Virus record (IMG/VR): IMGVR_UViG_3300028361_000056
Span: 1-40,561 of that record
Source of the DNA: a virus
Lineage: Duplodnaviria > Caudoviricetes
Length of the DNA stretch: 40,561 nt
Reading direction: 5' to 3' (one strand)
Positions 17,810 to 28,036 of the stretch are shown here, piece after piece. Every line of letters begins with the position of its first letter. Position 1 is the first letter of the stretch. A model generated the notes under the pieces. It was given only the letters and a program-made list of their open reading frames with translations, did no database searches and was not told the origin of the DNA. A program made the position numbers and the translations under genes.

Positions 17810-18475
17810 ATGGCAAAAAAAGAATTTAACAAGAGCTTCATGCATCCAACACGTAGAAAACTAGTCAATATGGTACAGACGGGTGGTGAATATGAAGCGG
17901 ATACCAAGACAGGTTGGACAAGGGAATCTATAGAAAAGCGTGAAATTGGTGATAAATGGGAAGATGAACACCATAAATACGAGCAACACAAAGGTTTCGT
18001 TATGAAAACTGGTAAAAATTCCGAAGTGTATGAAGAAATAAGAAATTATTTACGTGAAACACATAATTGCAAAAACACAAATTGTCAGACGGTAAAACTA
18101 AAACGAGTAGATGCTAAATTAATAAAAAAATCTGGTTATTGCTTGGATTGTCTATCGGTAATAGAAACCGAAATAAGAGCAAAGGGATTCTGGGAACCAT
18201 ATCAGAACTATAAAATATGGACTCGTATGTTAATCGATGGAAAAATTCGTTTGGAACAGATGAAAGAGGCCCATGATGATGCAAAACAAGTATATGAGTA
18301 TCTGAATGATGATGGTAGTTATGATCAATGGGAAAATCCACAGAATGTGGATGAAATGAAGGCCGACATGATGTTGGTTATCGAAACCGGAACAAGGGAG
18401 ATACAGCAACTTGAAGAAATGAGAATGAAATCATTCCAAGAGTTAAAGGATGGAAATCTGGAACAGTATGTCTAA
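17810..18475 (+). CDS. Hypothetical phage protein with a Cys cluster
   Basis: 221-aa ORF with CKNTNC..CLDC. Confidence 0.6.
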   Translation: MAKKEFNKSFMHPTRRKLVNMVQTGGEYEADTKTGWTRESIEKREIGDKWEDEHHKYEQHKGFVMKTGKNSEVYEEIRNYLRETHNCKNTNCQTVKLKRVDAKLIKKSGYCLDCLSVIETEIRAKGFWEPYQNYKIWTRMLIDGKIRLEQMKEAHDDAKQVYEYLNDDGSYDQWENPQNVDEMKADMMLVIETGTREIQQLEEMRMKSFQELKDGNLEQYV

Positions 18476-19103
18476 AATAAAAAACATTTTAATATTAATA
18501 TTGATCGGTATCGGAATTTTTATTTGGGTAACGCGACCTAATCCGACCGACTTAACGGAATATATAAAAATCGGTGGAAGTAAATATGAATTATTGAGTA
18601 AACAACGCGATACCATATATTCGGATACCACGATTACCAAAATAGAGTATATACCATCACCTCCAAAAATAATCAAGGAAATAGTTGAGATACCCATCAA
18701 TGTCGACACACTCGCAATTCTAAAAGATTATTATCAGAAGTATTATTATGAAGATGTAATAGAAAATATTGATGGTATGGGTAGTATCGCTACCATAAAG
18801 GATACGATAACACAAAACCGAATTGTATCACGTACTTCAAAATTCGATATAAAGAACAAAACAATTACGGAAATAATCACCGTAAAGGAACCAGAAAAAT
18901 TAAAAGTGTTCATGGGCGGAGGTGTACAGTTCGGTACTAAAGAATTCGGATTGAACGGTGCTTCCGTGGGTATTTTAGTAAAACCTAAAAACGATAAGGT
19001 ATTCAGATTAGATGTTGGTGCATTCAACGATTTCGGTTCGGAACAAATCACCCCATATATAGGTGTCGGGGCGTATTGGAAGCTAACATTCAAAAAAAAG
19101 TAA
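18468..19103 (+). CDS. Membrane-anchored protein with beta-rich C-terminus
   Basis: MSKIKN followed by a hydrophobic helix; ATG 18468 is preferred over 18450. Confidence 0.6.
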   Translation: MSKIKNILILILIGIGIFIWVTRPNPTDLTEYIKIGGSKYELLSKQRDTIYSDTTITKIEYIPSPPKIIKEIVEIPINVDTLAILKDYYQKYYYEDVIENIDGMGSIATIKDTITQNRIVSRTSKFDIKNKTITEIITVKEPEKLKVFMGGGVQFGTKEFGLNGASVGILVKPKNDKVFRLDVGAFNDFGSEQITPYIGVGAYWKLTFKKK

Positions 19104-19104
19104 A

Positions 19105-19944
19105 ATGGTAAAGCAGAGTTTAAAGGATATAATCCGTATGGAATATATAAAGTGCTCGCAGGATCCAATACATTTTATGAAAAAGTATTGTATGATTCAA
19201 CATCCAGTCCGCGGAAAGATACCGTTTCACTTATTTCCGTTCCAAGAGGATACTTTGACGGATTTTACAAAAAACCGTTATAATATTGTATTAAAATCAA
19301 GACAGACGGGTATATCCACATTAGTTGCTGGTTATTCGTTATGGAAAATGATTTTCAACGAGGATTTTATGGTAATGGTAATTGCAACAAAACAAGAGGT
19401 TGCAAAAAATCTGGTAACCAAGGTAAGGGTAATGAACGACTATCTACCTAGTTGGTTGAAGATAGAATCGGCCGAGGATAATAAACTTTCACTTAGATAC
19501 ACAAATGGTTCTATGATAAAGGCTACATCATCCGGTGGCGATGCAGGACGTTCCGAGGCACTATCCCTATTGGTGTTCGATGAAGCTGCATTTATCCAAA
19601 ATATAGAGGATATTTGGATTTCATCACAATCTACCCTATCAACGGGTGGTGATGCTATTATATTATCTACCCCGAACGGTGTGGGTAACTTTTTTCACAA
19701 AACTTGGGTAAGAGCCGAGGAAAACCCAGAGGATAACGAATTCAATCCAATAAAACTACATTGGAGCGTACACCCTGAAAGAGATCAAAGGTGGAGGGAT
19801 AAACAAGATGCTATTATAGGTAAAAAGGGAGCGGCGCAGGAATGCGATTGTTTGTGGGGGGAATCTACTGTAATGGTATTTGATGAATTTACGGGTGAAG
19901 AGCGATGGATTACTTTAAGTGATTTATATGATATTTTGGAATAA
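19105..19944 (+). CDS. terL: Terminase large subunit, ATPase half + 31-aa split-intein N-part
   Basis: LFPFQ, Walker A KSRQTGIST, Walker B LLVFDEAAF, STPNG. Confidence 0.93.
   Translation: MVKQSLKDIIRMEYIKCSQDPIHFMKKYCMIQHPVRGKIPFHLFPFQEDTLTDFTKNRYNIVLKSRQTGISTLVAGYSLWKMIFNEDFMVMVIATKQEVAKNLVTKVRVMNDYLPSWLKIESAEDNKLSLRYTNGSMIKATSSGGDAGRSEALSLLVFDEAAFIQNIEDIWISSQSTLSTGGDAIILSTPNGVGNFFHKTWVRAEENPEDNEFNPIKLHWSVHPERDQRWRDKQDAIIGKKGAAQECDCLWGESTVMVFDEFTGEERWITLSDLYDILE
19849..19941 (+). mobile_element. Atypical split intein N-fragment (31 aa)
   Basis: CLWGESTVMVFDEFTGEERWITLSDLYDILE* after the extein AQECD. Confidence 0.85.
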
Positions 19945-19982
19945 ATAATATCTATACAAGAATGTGAATGTAAGAAATATGA

Positions 19983-20063
19983 ATCAGACGAAAAAAAGAT
20001 ATAGAACGTCAATTAGAAATAGAAAATTTACTTAAATGTAAGTTTATACGTATTCAAATATAA
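19983..20063 (+). pseudogene. 26-codon relic of a homing endonuclease C-terminus
   Basis: IRRKKDIERQLEIENLLKCKFIRIQI*; 17/22 identical to the C-terminus of the 14977-15708 nuclease; its TAA overlaps the TerL-C ATG. Confidence 0.8.
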
Positions 20064-20404
20064 TGCAAAAATATACATTACGAACTAATACCAGATATAA
20101 AATAAAAACACCAAGTGGGTATCAATCATTCGGTGGTGTTCGTAAGCTTAAAAAGGAATCACATTATAAAATCTGGCTATCCAATGGAAAAGTATTAAAA
20201 TGTTCATTAACACATAAATTTATATCTAATGAAATAGAAATATCAGCTGATAAATTACAAATAGGTGATGAAATAGATAGTGAATCCAATGAATCAGTAT
20301 CCATACTTAATATAATCTACTTAAATAGAAATATACAATTATATGATATTGTAGAAGTTGGTAATGGTAATATATTTAATGTGGATGGTATTGTTTCTCA
20401 TAAT
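20063..20404 (+). mobile_element. Atypical split intein C-fragment (114 aa)
   Basis: KIKTPSGY, KCSLTHKF, LYDIVEV..GIVSHN followed by Cys+1. Confidence 0.9.
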
Positions 20405-21271
20405 TGTGACTTTATATCATCCGGTAATCAAGTAATCGATGCAGAGATATTACAGTTTTACAAAGAAACACATTGTCAGCCCCCATTGGAAAAAACAGGT
20501 ATAGATGGAAACCTATGGAAGTGGGAATATCCCGATTACAATAAATCATATATGGTTATAGCAGATGTCGCCAGAGGTGATTCGACTGATTATTCGGCGT
20601 GTCATGTAATAGATGTTGAAAACGCGGTACAAGTCGCCGAATATGTGGGTAAACTTGGTACACGGGATTTTGGTAATTTCCTGGTATCACTTTCAACCGA
20701 ATATAACGAGGCCTTACTTGTAATAGAGAACGCAAATGTAGGTTGGGCAGTGATACAACAAGTAATAGATAGAAATTATGGAAATCTTTTCTATATGAGT
20801 AAGGATTTAAAATATGTTGATACGGAAAGACAGATGACCAACCGATATTATGCAGAAGAACGTAATATGGTCGCGGGCTTTTCGACAACTTCCCGAACTA
20901 GACCGCTTATCATCTCCAAATTGGATATGTATTTCAAAGAACAATCCATTACGATACGTTCGACTCGATTAATAGAACAATTGATGGTATTCATATGGAA
21001 CGGTAGTAAGGCGGAAGCAATGAGGGGGTACAATGATGATTTGGTCATGGCAATGTCCATTGGATTGTGGGTACGCGATACCGCATTGAGATTAAGACAG
21101 GAAGGTGTTGATTTAACTAAACGAGCATTAGGTGGAATAACCCAACAGAACGAACCAATAGGGTTCTTTAGTGGTACTGGTCAAGAAGATGACCCATGGA
21201 CAATGAAAGTAGGTGGTAAGGATGAAGATTTAAAATGGTTGCTAGGCGGCCACCCAAATAAAAAAGGTTAA
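20063..21271 (+). CDS. terL: Terminase large subunit, nuclease half, preceded by a 114-aa split-intein C-part
   Basis: CDFISSG, IADVARG..DYS, IENAN, GYNDDLVMA; joined product is 536 aa. Confidence 0.93.
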   Translation: MQKYTLRTNTRYKIKTPSGYQSFGGVRKLKKESHYKIWLSNGKVLKCSLTHKFISNEIEISADKLQIGDEIDSESNESVSILNIIYLNRNIQLYDIVEVGNGNIFNVDGIVSHNCDFISSGNQVIDAEILQFYKETHCQPPLEKTGIDGNLWKWEYPDYNKSYMVIADVARGDSTDYSACHVIDVENAVQVAEYVGKLGTRDFGNFLVSLSTEYNEALLVIENANVGWAVIQQVIDRNYGNLFYMSKDLKYVDTERQMTNRYYAEERNMVAGFSTTSRTRPLIISKLDMYFKEQSITIRSTRLIEQLMVFIWNGSKAEAMRGYNDDLVMAMSIGLWVRDTALRLRQEGVDLTKRALGGITQQNEPIGFFSGTGQEDDPWTMKVGGKDEDLKWLLGGHPNKKG

Positions 21272-21282
21272 TTGTATAAATC

Positions 21283-21292
21283 TATATTTATA
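21283..21292 (+). promoter_or_regulatory. TATATTTATA candidate late promoter
   Basis: 24 nt upstream of the portal ATG. Confidence 0.5.
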
Positions 21293-21316
21293 TACAATAA
21301 AGGTAAAAAATAATTA

Positions 21317-24300
21317 ATGGTAGATACAACATTTTATGGTAGATTAAAGAAATTATTTTCTTCCAAGGCAATCATCACAATTGATGCTGACGGTAAAAGG
21401 AAAGTAATTGACCACGATGAAAAACAACAGACTAATATATCTGGGTTACGGGATAGGTACACCAAACTTCAAAAAAGTTTCTACCAACAATCAGGTGCGG
21501 AACAATCTATGGCATATCAACAAGTCCGTAGGGAAGTTTTCCGGGATTTTGATGCAATGGATAATGACCCCATCATATCCTCCGCGTTGGACATATATGC
21601 AGATGAATGTTTGTCGGGAGATACTTTAATTCCATTATTAGACGGGACAAAGAAAACTATTAAAGAATTGTATGATGAAAATACAACTGATATTTGGTTA
21701 TATGGGTTGGATAATGATAATACATTCAAACCCGTTAAGGCAGATAAAATTGCATATAATGGCAAAAAACAACTGTATGAAATAACATTCGATGATGGTA
21801 CTAAGATAAAATGTACAAGTAATCATATATGGATTGATTTTAATGGAAATCAAATATTTACTGATGATTTAACTATAGGTGAAAGTATATTAGGATATAA
21901 TATTATAAATGAATTTGCAACTTCAAATAATCATAAAGTAATATCAATCAAAAAAATTGGTATAGAAGATACATATGATGTAGTCAATGCAGGTGATAAT
22001 CATATATACGCATTGGAATCAAATGATGGTTCTAAACTATATACACATAATTCAACATTAAAAAATGAAGCTGGTGATGTGTTAGTCATTCAATCGGATA
22101 ATGATAAGGTACAGGTTTTATTGGATAACCTTTTTTATGATATTCTTAACATTGAATTCAACTTATGGCCATGGGTTCGTAACCTGTGTAAGTATGGGGA
22201 TTTATTTTTATCCATGGAAATTGTAGAGAATCAGGGTATAATCAACGTAACACCTCAATCGGTATATAATGTTGAGAGAAACGAACGAATCGACCCGACT
22301 AATCCAAAATCTGTTAATTTTAAGGTGGAATTGGATCCTGATATGAAAGGCACCTATGATAATTATGAAATGGCTCATTTCAGATTGTTATCGGATACAA
22401 ATTGGTTGCCATATGGTAAATCAATGATAGAGAATGGTAGACGGTTATGGAAGCAACTTTCATTAATGGAAGATGCAATGTTAATCCACCGTATCATGAG
22501 GGCGCCGGAGAAAAGAATATTTTCCATTGATATCGGTAATATAGCACCGAACGAAGTGGACAACTACATGCAACGTATCATCAACAAGATGAAAAAAGTA
22601 CCATTCCTCAACAAGAGTGATGGTGATTATAACTTAAAATACAATATGCAAAACCTAACAGAGGATTTTTATCTTCCTGTACGTGGTAAGGATAGTGGTA
22701 CTAGGATAGAAAACCTACAAGGATTGGATTATAGTGCAATCGAAGATATCGATTACCTAAAGAACAAATTATTTGCTGCATTGAAAGTTCCAAGAGCGTA
22801 TTTGGGATATGAAGAAAACGTATGTATAGTACCAGAGACAAAAATTCCATTACTAGACGGTACTGTAAAAACAGTAGCCGAACTTATAGTTGATTTTGAA
22901 AACGGCATACAAAATTACACATATTCAATTGATGTTAATCAAAACATAGCACCAGGTAAAATAGAATGGGCTGGAATGACTCGTGAAAATGCAGAATTGG
23001 TAAGAGTGTGGTTGGATAATAACGAATACATAGATTGTACTCCTGATCATAATTTCTTAACTCGTGATAATAATTGGATAGAAGCTAAGGATTTGAAACC
23101 AAATCAGTCACTAATGCCATTGTATCTAGATAACGGTGGATATAAAGATAATTATACTACTGTATATAATCCAAAAACCAAAGATTATAAATTAGTTCAT
23201 AATATAATATCTGAATATTATGATATAAAGAAAAATAAAAATGTTATACATCATAAGGATTTTAATTCAAGGAATAATAATCCTGATAATTTAGATGGGT
23301 CCATGTCATTTTGGGAGCATAGAGAGTATCATTCTAATTTAACTGAAAAAACATTAAATTCTCCCAAAAATATCCTAAAACGAATATCAGATCCTAATTG
23401 GATAAAATCAGCAATAGTTGGTGGTAGAATAGGTGGTCTGAAATCAGGTAAACGTTTAGGTGAATGGGTTCGAAAATTTGGTCCGTCTAATAAAGGAAAT
23501 AGGTCTGGTCTTGATGTGAATTGTCCAACTTGTAATGATGTATTTTACAAAACTAATTCATCATCTAAAATATATTGTTCAAAAAAATGCAATACCAACC
23601 CTAAATATAATACGAAATATGATAAAATCTCAAAGTCTGAACTTAATGAAGTAGCTAGTCAATCATCATCATTTTCAGATTTAGAGAATAAATTAAATAT
23701 AGATAGAAATACTCTTAATAGAATTTTTGATAGACATAATATAGATAAAGTATCATTTATACAAAATAACATGCCACTAGCATTGAAAAATAAAAATTTT
23801 GTTAGAAACTATCCTATATTAAATCATAAAGTAGATAGAGTTGAATTTTTAACAGAAAATAGGGATACTGCTGATTTACGAATATCAATGCATCATAATT
23901 TTGCTACGAATGCTGGTGTAATAATACACAATTCTGGAAAAGCAACTTTAGCAGCAGAAGATGTTAGATTCGCACGAACGATTGAACGTATACAACGGAT
24001 GGTTATATCTGAACTAACCAAGATGGCGGTAATTCACTTATATTCCAATGGAATTACGGATTCGGAAATGGCCAACTTTTCATTACAATTAATCAATCCA
24101 TCTACGATATACGAACAGGAAAAGGTAAATCTTTGGAGTGAGAAAATCAGATTAGCTTCAGATATAAAGGATCTTAATATGTTATCTAAAGATTGGATAT
24201 ATGAAAATATATTCAAAATGACTGATAAGGAAAGGGATTTGCAAAAAGTAAATGTAATACAAGATTTAAAGGATAAATTCAGATATACATCGATTCAGGA

Positions 24301-24607
24301 TGAAGGTAACGACCCCGCTGTTCAACCAGAACCGAACGATGTAGAGGAATCTTTGAGTAATATCAAAAAAGAACTAACTGTGAATAAGGGTGGTAGACCC
24401 AAGGAAGGTAATACATACGGAAAGGATAAACATCCATACGGCCGAGACCCTTTGGGTGATAAAGAAAGGAAATCTGCCATGTCCGGTAGGACTTCCGAAT
24501 CAAAAATTAAGGGATATATAAATGGAATATCATCAAATCGTAAATATTTAAATGAGAGAATTGATATGTTGGATGATAGAAATATTATAGATGATACTAA
24601 AAATTAA
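21317..24607 (+). CDS. gp20: T4 gp20-like portal protein with two inteins (578 aa after splicing)
   Basis: ALDIYADE, LMEDAMLIHRIMRAPEKRIF.ID.GN, EDFYLP.RG, ALKVP, EDVRFAR. Confidence 0.93.
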   Translation: MVDTTFYGRLKKLFSSKAIITIDADGKRKVIDHDEKQQTNISGLRDRYTKLQKSFYQQSGAEQSMAYQQVRREVFRDFDAMDNDPIISSALDIYADECLSGDTLIPLLDGTKKTIKELYDENTTDIWLYGLDNDNTFKPVKADKIAYNGKKQLYEITFDDGTKIKCTSNHIWIDFNGNQIFTDDLTIGESILGYNIINEFATSNNHKVISIKKIGIEDTYDVVNAGDNHIYALESNDGSKLYTHNSTLKNEAGDVLVIQSDNDKVQVLLDNLFYDILNIEFNLWPWVRNLCKYGDLFLSMEIVENQGIINVTPQSVYNVERNERIDPTNPKSVNFKVELDPDMKGTYDNYEMAHFRLLSDTNWLPYGKSMIENGRRLWKQLSLMEDAMLIHRIMRAPEKRIFSIDIGNIAPNEVDNYMQRIINKMKKVPFLNKSDGDYNLKYNMQNLTEDFYLPVRGKDSGTRIENLQGLDYSAIEDIDYLKNKLFAALKVPRAYLGYEENVCIVPETKIPLLDGTVKTVAELIVDFENGIQNYTYSIDVNQNIAPGKIEWAGMTRENAELVRVWLDNNEYIDCTPDHNFLTRDNNWIEAKDLKPNQSLMPLYLDNGGYKDNYTTVYNPKTKDYKLVHNIISEYYDIKKNKNVIHHKDFNSRNNNPDNLDGSMSFWEHREYHSNLTEKTLNSPKNILKRISDPNWIKSAIVGGRIGGLKSGKRLGEWVRKFGPSNKGNRSGLDVNCPTCNDVFYKTNSSSKIYCSKKCNTNPKYNTKYDKISKSELNEVASQSSSFSDLENKLNIDRNTLNRIFDRHNIDKVSFIQNNMPLALKNKNFVRNYPILNHKVDRVEFLTENRDTADLRISMHHNFATNAGVIIHNSGKATLAAEDVRFARTIERIQRMVISELTKMAVIHLYSNGITDSEMANFSLQLINPSTIYEQEKVNLWSEKIRLASDIKDLNMLSKDWIYENIFKMTDKERDLQKVNVIQDLKDKFRYTSIQDEGNDPAVQPEPNDVEESLSNIKKELTVNKGGRPKEGNTYGKDKHPYGRDPLGDKERKSAMSGRTSESKIKGYINGISSNRKYLNERIDMLDDRNIIDDTKN
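21608..22051 (+). mobile_element. Mini-intein (148 aa) in portal
   Basis: CLSGDT..KCTSNH..TYD..THN|S. Confidence 0.92.
22823..23932 (+). mobile_element. Intein (370 aa) with HNH endonuclease in portal
   Basis: CIVPET..DCTPDH..IHHKDFNSRNNNPDNL..CPTC..CSKKC..IIHN|S. Confidence 0.92.
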
Positions 24608-24624
24608 CTTTAACTTGTAAATTT

Positions 24625-24634
24625 TATATTTATA
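24625..24634 (+). promoter_or_regulatory. TATATTTATA candidate late promoter
   Basis: In the gap between the portal and the head cluster. Confidence 0.5.
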
Positions 24635-24763
24635 TAGGAGTTTTTGTGTGTATTAAATTACGGAATATAATCAAAAACAAGGTTTTATTGTTATATACGA
24701 ATGGTGAAATCAATTAAAAATCTATTAATTATAAATTTAATAGAAAAATAGGAATAATAAAAG

Positions 24764-25627
24764 ATGAGTAAGATAAGAAATAGTAAATTCAAAAATACTG
24801 GAATTCTTTTTGAATTATTGACCAAACAAATTACTTTGGAAATTTTAAATAATTCCCCAAAGGAAAATGCTAGGGAAATAGTAAGGGAATTCTTTGCGAG
24901 TAGAACTGAATTAAACAAGGAGCTTAAATTGTACAATCTTCTATTGAACGAAAAATATAATTCGGAGAACAAGGCGGAAAAATTCATAGATGTAGTTCTT
25001 GAAGCTAGAATGAAAATAGATGAAAAGAAACTATCCCGTGAAAAGTATAACTTGGTTAAGATCATTAAGGAAAACTTTCAATTGGATAATTTCCTATCTT
25101 CCCCTATAACTAATTATAGGGTACTTGCATCCATACATAAGTTATTCGAAGCAAGGAAAAGTGATTCCATTGATATCAAGGATGCATTTAATTCCAAATA
25201 TACGATAGTGGAACATATTTCCACTAAACCAATACAATCCAAATCCGATAAGAAAGATATGGTAATAGAAACATATAAGACTCAAGAAAAAGACCTTAGA
25301 ATGCTTACCTATAAAATCTTGGTAGAATCTTTTAATAAAAAATATACAAACTTAAATGATGATCAAAAGGATTTATTGCGTGAGTATATTAACAATGTCA
25401 CGAACACTACAAAGTTCGGTGATTATTATTCGACCCAACTGAAAAATTCCATAACGGAGCTCCATACATTATATACCAATATTACTGATACGATTACTAA
25501 GATAAAATTGAAGGAAACAATTAACGTATTGAAGAAACAAAGAATCGGTAAAAAAATAAGTGATAATCAGGTCTCAGCATTGATGATATCATACGAATTA
25601 ATTAAAGAAATAAAAAATGTCGGATAA
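24764..25627 (+). CDS. Hypothetical helical protein in head module
   Basis: 287-aa ORF; position downstream of the portal. Confidence 0.6.
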   Translation: MSKIRNSKFKNTGILFELLTKQITLEILNNSPKENAREIVREFFASRTELNKELKLYNLLLNEKYNSENKAEKFIDVVLEARMKIDEKKLSREKYNLVKIIKENFQLDNFLSSPITNYRVLASIHKLFEARKSDSIDIKDAFNSKYTIVEHISTKPIQSKSDKKDMVIETYKTQEKDLRMLTYKILVESFNKKYTNLNDDQKDLLREYINNVTNTTKFGDYYSTQLKNSITELHTLYTNITDTITKIKLKETINVLKKQRIGKKISDNQVSALMISYELIKEIKNVG

Positions 25628-26993
25628 ACTAGAAAATCTCAAATCTTATATCCGTGAGCTCGTAATTGAAATCGAGGATGAGTTGGATGAATCAACTGCG
25701 ACTGGTGATATATCTGGATATCAGACTCCCAATGCATTTGGTGATGATTCAAAACAATCAAAAAAGAAAATAAAAGATGTGGCGACACAATCGGGGTATA
25801 CAGTTGTAAATGAAGGAATCAAATCATCCGAGGTTAAAAAAACTATATCCAATTTAATAAAATTAACTAAAGATAAATCCTTCCTTAGTATAAAAAACGT
25901 ATTCAGTAAAAGTTATACCGAAACTACGGATATAATAATGATCGAATATTCTTATGATAGAGAATATTCAAGTATGGGTAGTAATACCAAGTGGTTCAAT
26001 ATTCAATTTCAGAAGGAAGATAGGGATGCTGTCATAAAATTACTTACTCCTATTTTAAAAAAATATAATCGTAAAGTACCTAAACTTCTAGATGAAAGTG
26101 ATCCATGTTGGAAAAACTACAAACAAATTGGTACAAAGCAAAAGAACGGTAAGGACGTTCCTAATTGTGTTCCTAAAAACGAATCCATATTAAAGGAATA
26201 CGAATACGCACCACCAAAAAAGGATATCCTACGCAACACCAATGGTATAATGAGTTTAATCGGTAGTAATGGAATTAGATTTATCCTTAAACCAGAAACC
26301 AAGGTATTTCAAAACGGTGGAACATGGATATTCACCGATGGCAAATCAGATATGTGGTTAAATTATCGAAAACCAGTATCGGTTGTTAAAAAATTGGGAA
26401 GAGCTGGTAACACTACAAAGAATCTATACAACAACGCAATGGATTCAAAAAGATATAATGAAGATTCAATTCCAGGTGGATTATCGGATAATAAAACCTT
26501 AGAGGATATTGTCAATCACCATAAAAACGAATCCATGACTAAAGACGAGTTTATAAAACGATTAATTAACACAACAATAGTTGATGCAAAAAGTGGACAA
26601 GGTAGAATATCCATTGATGGTTTTATGTATTTCGTCCAGAAAAAAGGAGATAAATCAATCACTAAAAATGATATTATTTCAGTAGCCAAAAAATTACCGA
26701 ATATAACTCTTAAATCTGGAGTTATGTCCGTTAAGGAATCAATCAAAAGGACTAATCGTTGGTTGGAACTTAAAAATGATGAAACTAATCCTAATGAGAA
26801 ACTAGCAATGGGATTAAAGGAATTGAAATACAAGTTACGAGAAGTTGAATCATTCATTCGGTGGTATAATAAAATTGGTAAAATGAACGAACTGGATTCA
26901 GATTCATATTGGAAACGGACAAACAAACATATTTATAAAATAAAAGAGCGATTAATTAATATCGCTAGAACAATTCAAGAACTAGAAAAATGA
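25617..26993 (+). CDS. Modular head-associated protein
   Basis: Modules separated by LDE/VNE/KNE/VKE, including CWKNYKQIGTKQKNGKDVPNCVP and IPGGLSD. Confidence 0.6.
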   Translation: MSDKLENLKSYIRELVIEIEDELDESTATGDISGYQTPNAFGDDSKQSKKKIKDVATQSGYTVVNEGIKSSEVKKTISNLIKLTKDKSFLSIKNVFSKSYTETTDIIMIEYSYDREYSSMGSNTKWFNIQFQKEDRDAVIKLLTPILKKYNRKVPKLLDESDPCWKNYKQIGTKQKNGKDVPNCVPKNESILKEYEYAPPKKDILRNTNGIMSLIGSNGIRFILKPETKVFQNGGTWIFTDGKSDMWLNYRKPVSVVKKLGRAGNTTKNLYNNAMDSKRYNEDSIPGGLSDNKTLEDIVNHHKNESMTKDEFIKRLINTTIVDAKSGQGRISIDGFMYFVQKKGDKSITKNDIISVAKKLPNITLKSGVMSVKESIKRTNRWLELKNDETNPNEKLAMGLKELKYKLREVESFIRWYNKIGKMNELDSDSYWKRTNKHIYKIKERLINIARTIQELEK

Positions 26994-27841
26994 AAATATC
27001 ACGATCGAGATTAAAGGAACTGGTTAAAGAAACCATGATAAGGGAAAACGAATATCAAGAATTTTTTAAAAAGTGTCTTGAAAAAACAGGAAAATCTATT
27101 CCAGAAATGAGTGAGGATGAAAAAAAGGCATTCTTTAACAAAATCGACAAATCTTGGAACGGTAAGGGTGAAAAAAAGGAATCTGTAAGTAAATTAGATG
27201 AATCTACAAGACGAAGTAATGACTTCTTTAATGATTCCAAGCACGGAAAAGCTATCTACAAGATATTAGGTGGAAAAGAATTCAAAGCTGGTAAAGTAAA
27301 ACAATATTTAGATTCTATACTTGATAAAGCTGGTGACGTAAAGGGAATCCGTATATGGGATTTTATTGGAAACGAATTGGGAATGGATACACGTAAATAC
27401 GGAAACCAACCTGTAAGAAAATATGAATTTGCGTTAATGGATGCTATTGATGATTTATATAATGTACATAATAAAAAAGAATCTGTAACCGAAGGTGAAC
27501 TACCACCAGCACTTAAAAAGGCAATTGAAGATAAAAAGAAAAAGGATGGTAAAACTGAATCATTAACTGGTAACCAAAGTAAATTGGACGTTGATGGAGA
27601 CGGTGATATTGAAGCGGACGATTTAGCAGATTTACGTAATGGTAAAAAAACAAACGAATCCAAATCAAAGTTAAACGAAGAAAAAATATCAGTAGGAAGT
27701 AAAGTAGTTATTAATTACCCAACATTCGTAAAACCACAAAATGGCGTTGTATCACAAATATTGAAATCAAATAACGGATTGGTATATGTAATGAAAGGTT
27801 CAGGTGGAGTTTGGGATGAGAAGCATGTAACTTTGATATAA
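26990..27841 (+). CDS. Modular head-associated protein with EF-hand-like loop
   Basis: MKISRSRLKELVKE leader; DVDGDGDIEADD; xxE linkers. Confidence 0.6.
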   Translation: MKISRSRLKELVKETMIRENEYQEFFKKCLEKTGKSIPEMSEDEKKAFFNKIDKSWNGKGEKKESVSKLDESTRRSNDFFNDSKHGKAIYKILGGKEFKAGKVKQYLDSILDKAGDVKGIRIWDFIGNELGMDTRKYGNQPVRKYEFALMDAIDDLYNVHNKKESVTEGELPPALKKAIEDKKKKDGKTESLTGNQSKLDVDGDGDIEADDLADLRNGKKTNESKSKLNEEKISVGSKVVINYPTFVKPQNGVVSQILKSNNGLVYVMKGSGGVWDEKHVTLI

Positions 27842-27849
27842 TAAATTCA

Positions 27850-28035
27850 ATGAAACTAAGTAGAATAAAAGAAATAATAGAAGAAGAGATTACCAATGTA
27901 AAATGGGGTAGGACTCATGTTATAAATGAAAATAATGAACCACTATCGGAACGTGAAATTCGTAAAATAATACGTAAGGAAGTTTCTGCATTATTTTTTA
28001 CACTATTTAAACAACGTAAAGTATGGGGAGGATAA
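27850..28035 (+). CDS. Small head-cluster protein
   Basis: MKLSRIKEIIEEE leader and an internal IRKIIRKE repeat of it. Confidence 0.55.
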   Translation: MKLSRIKEIIEEEITNVKWGRTHVINENNEPLSEREIRKIIRKEVSALFFTLFKQRKVWGG

Positions 28036-28036
28036 T

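Noticed and set aside
19945-20062. Sequencing frameshift in a contiguous TerL intein
   Set aside because: The gap has stops in the upstream frame and encodes a recognisable nuclease relic; the fragment sizes match a known split class.
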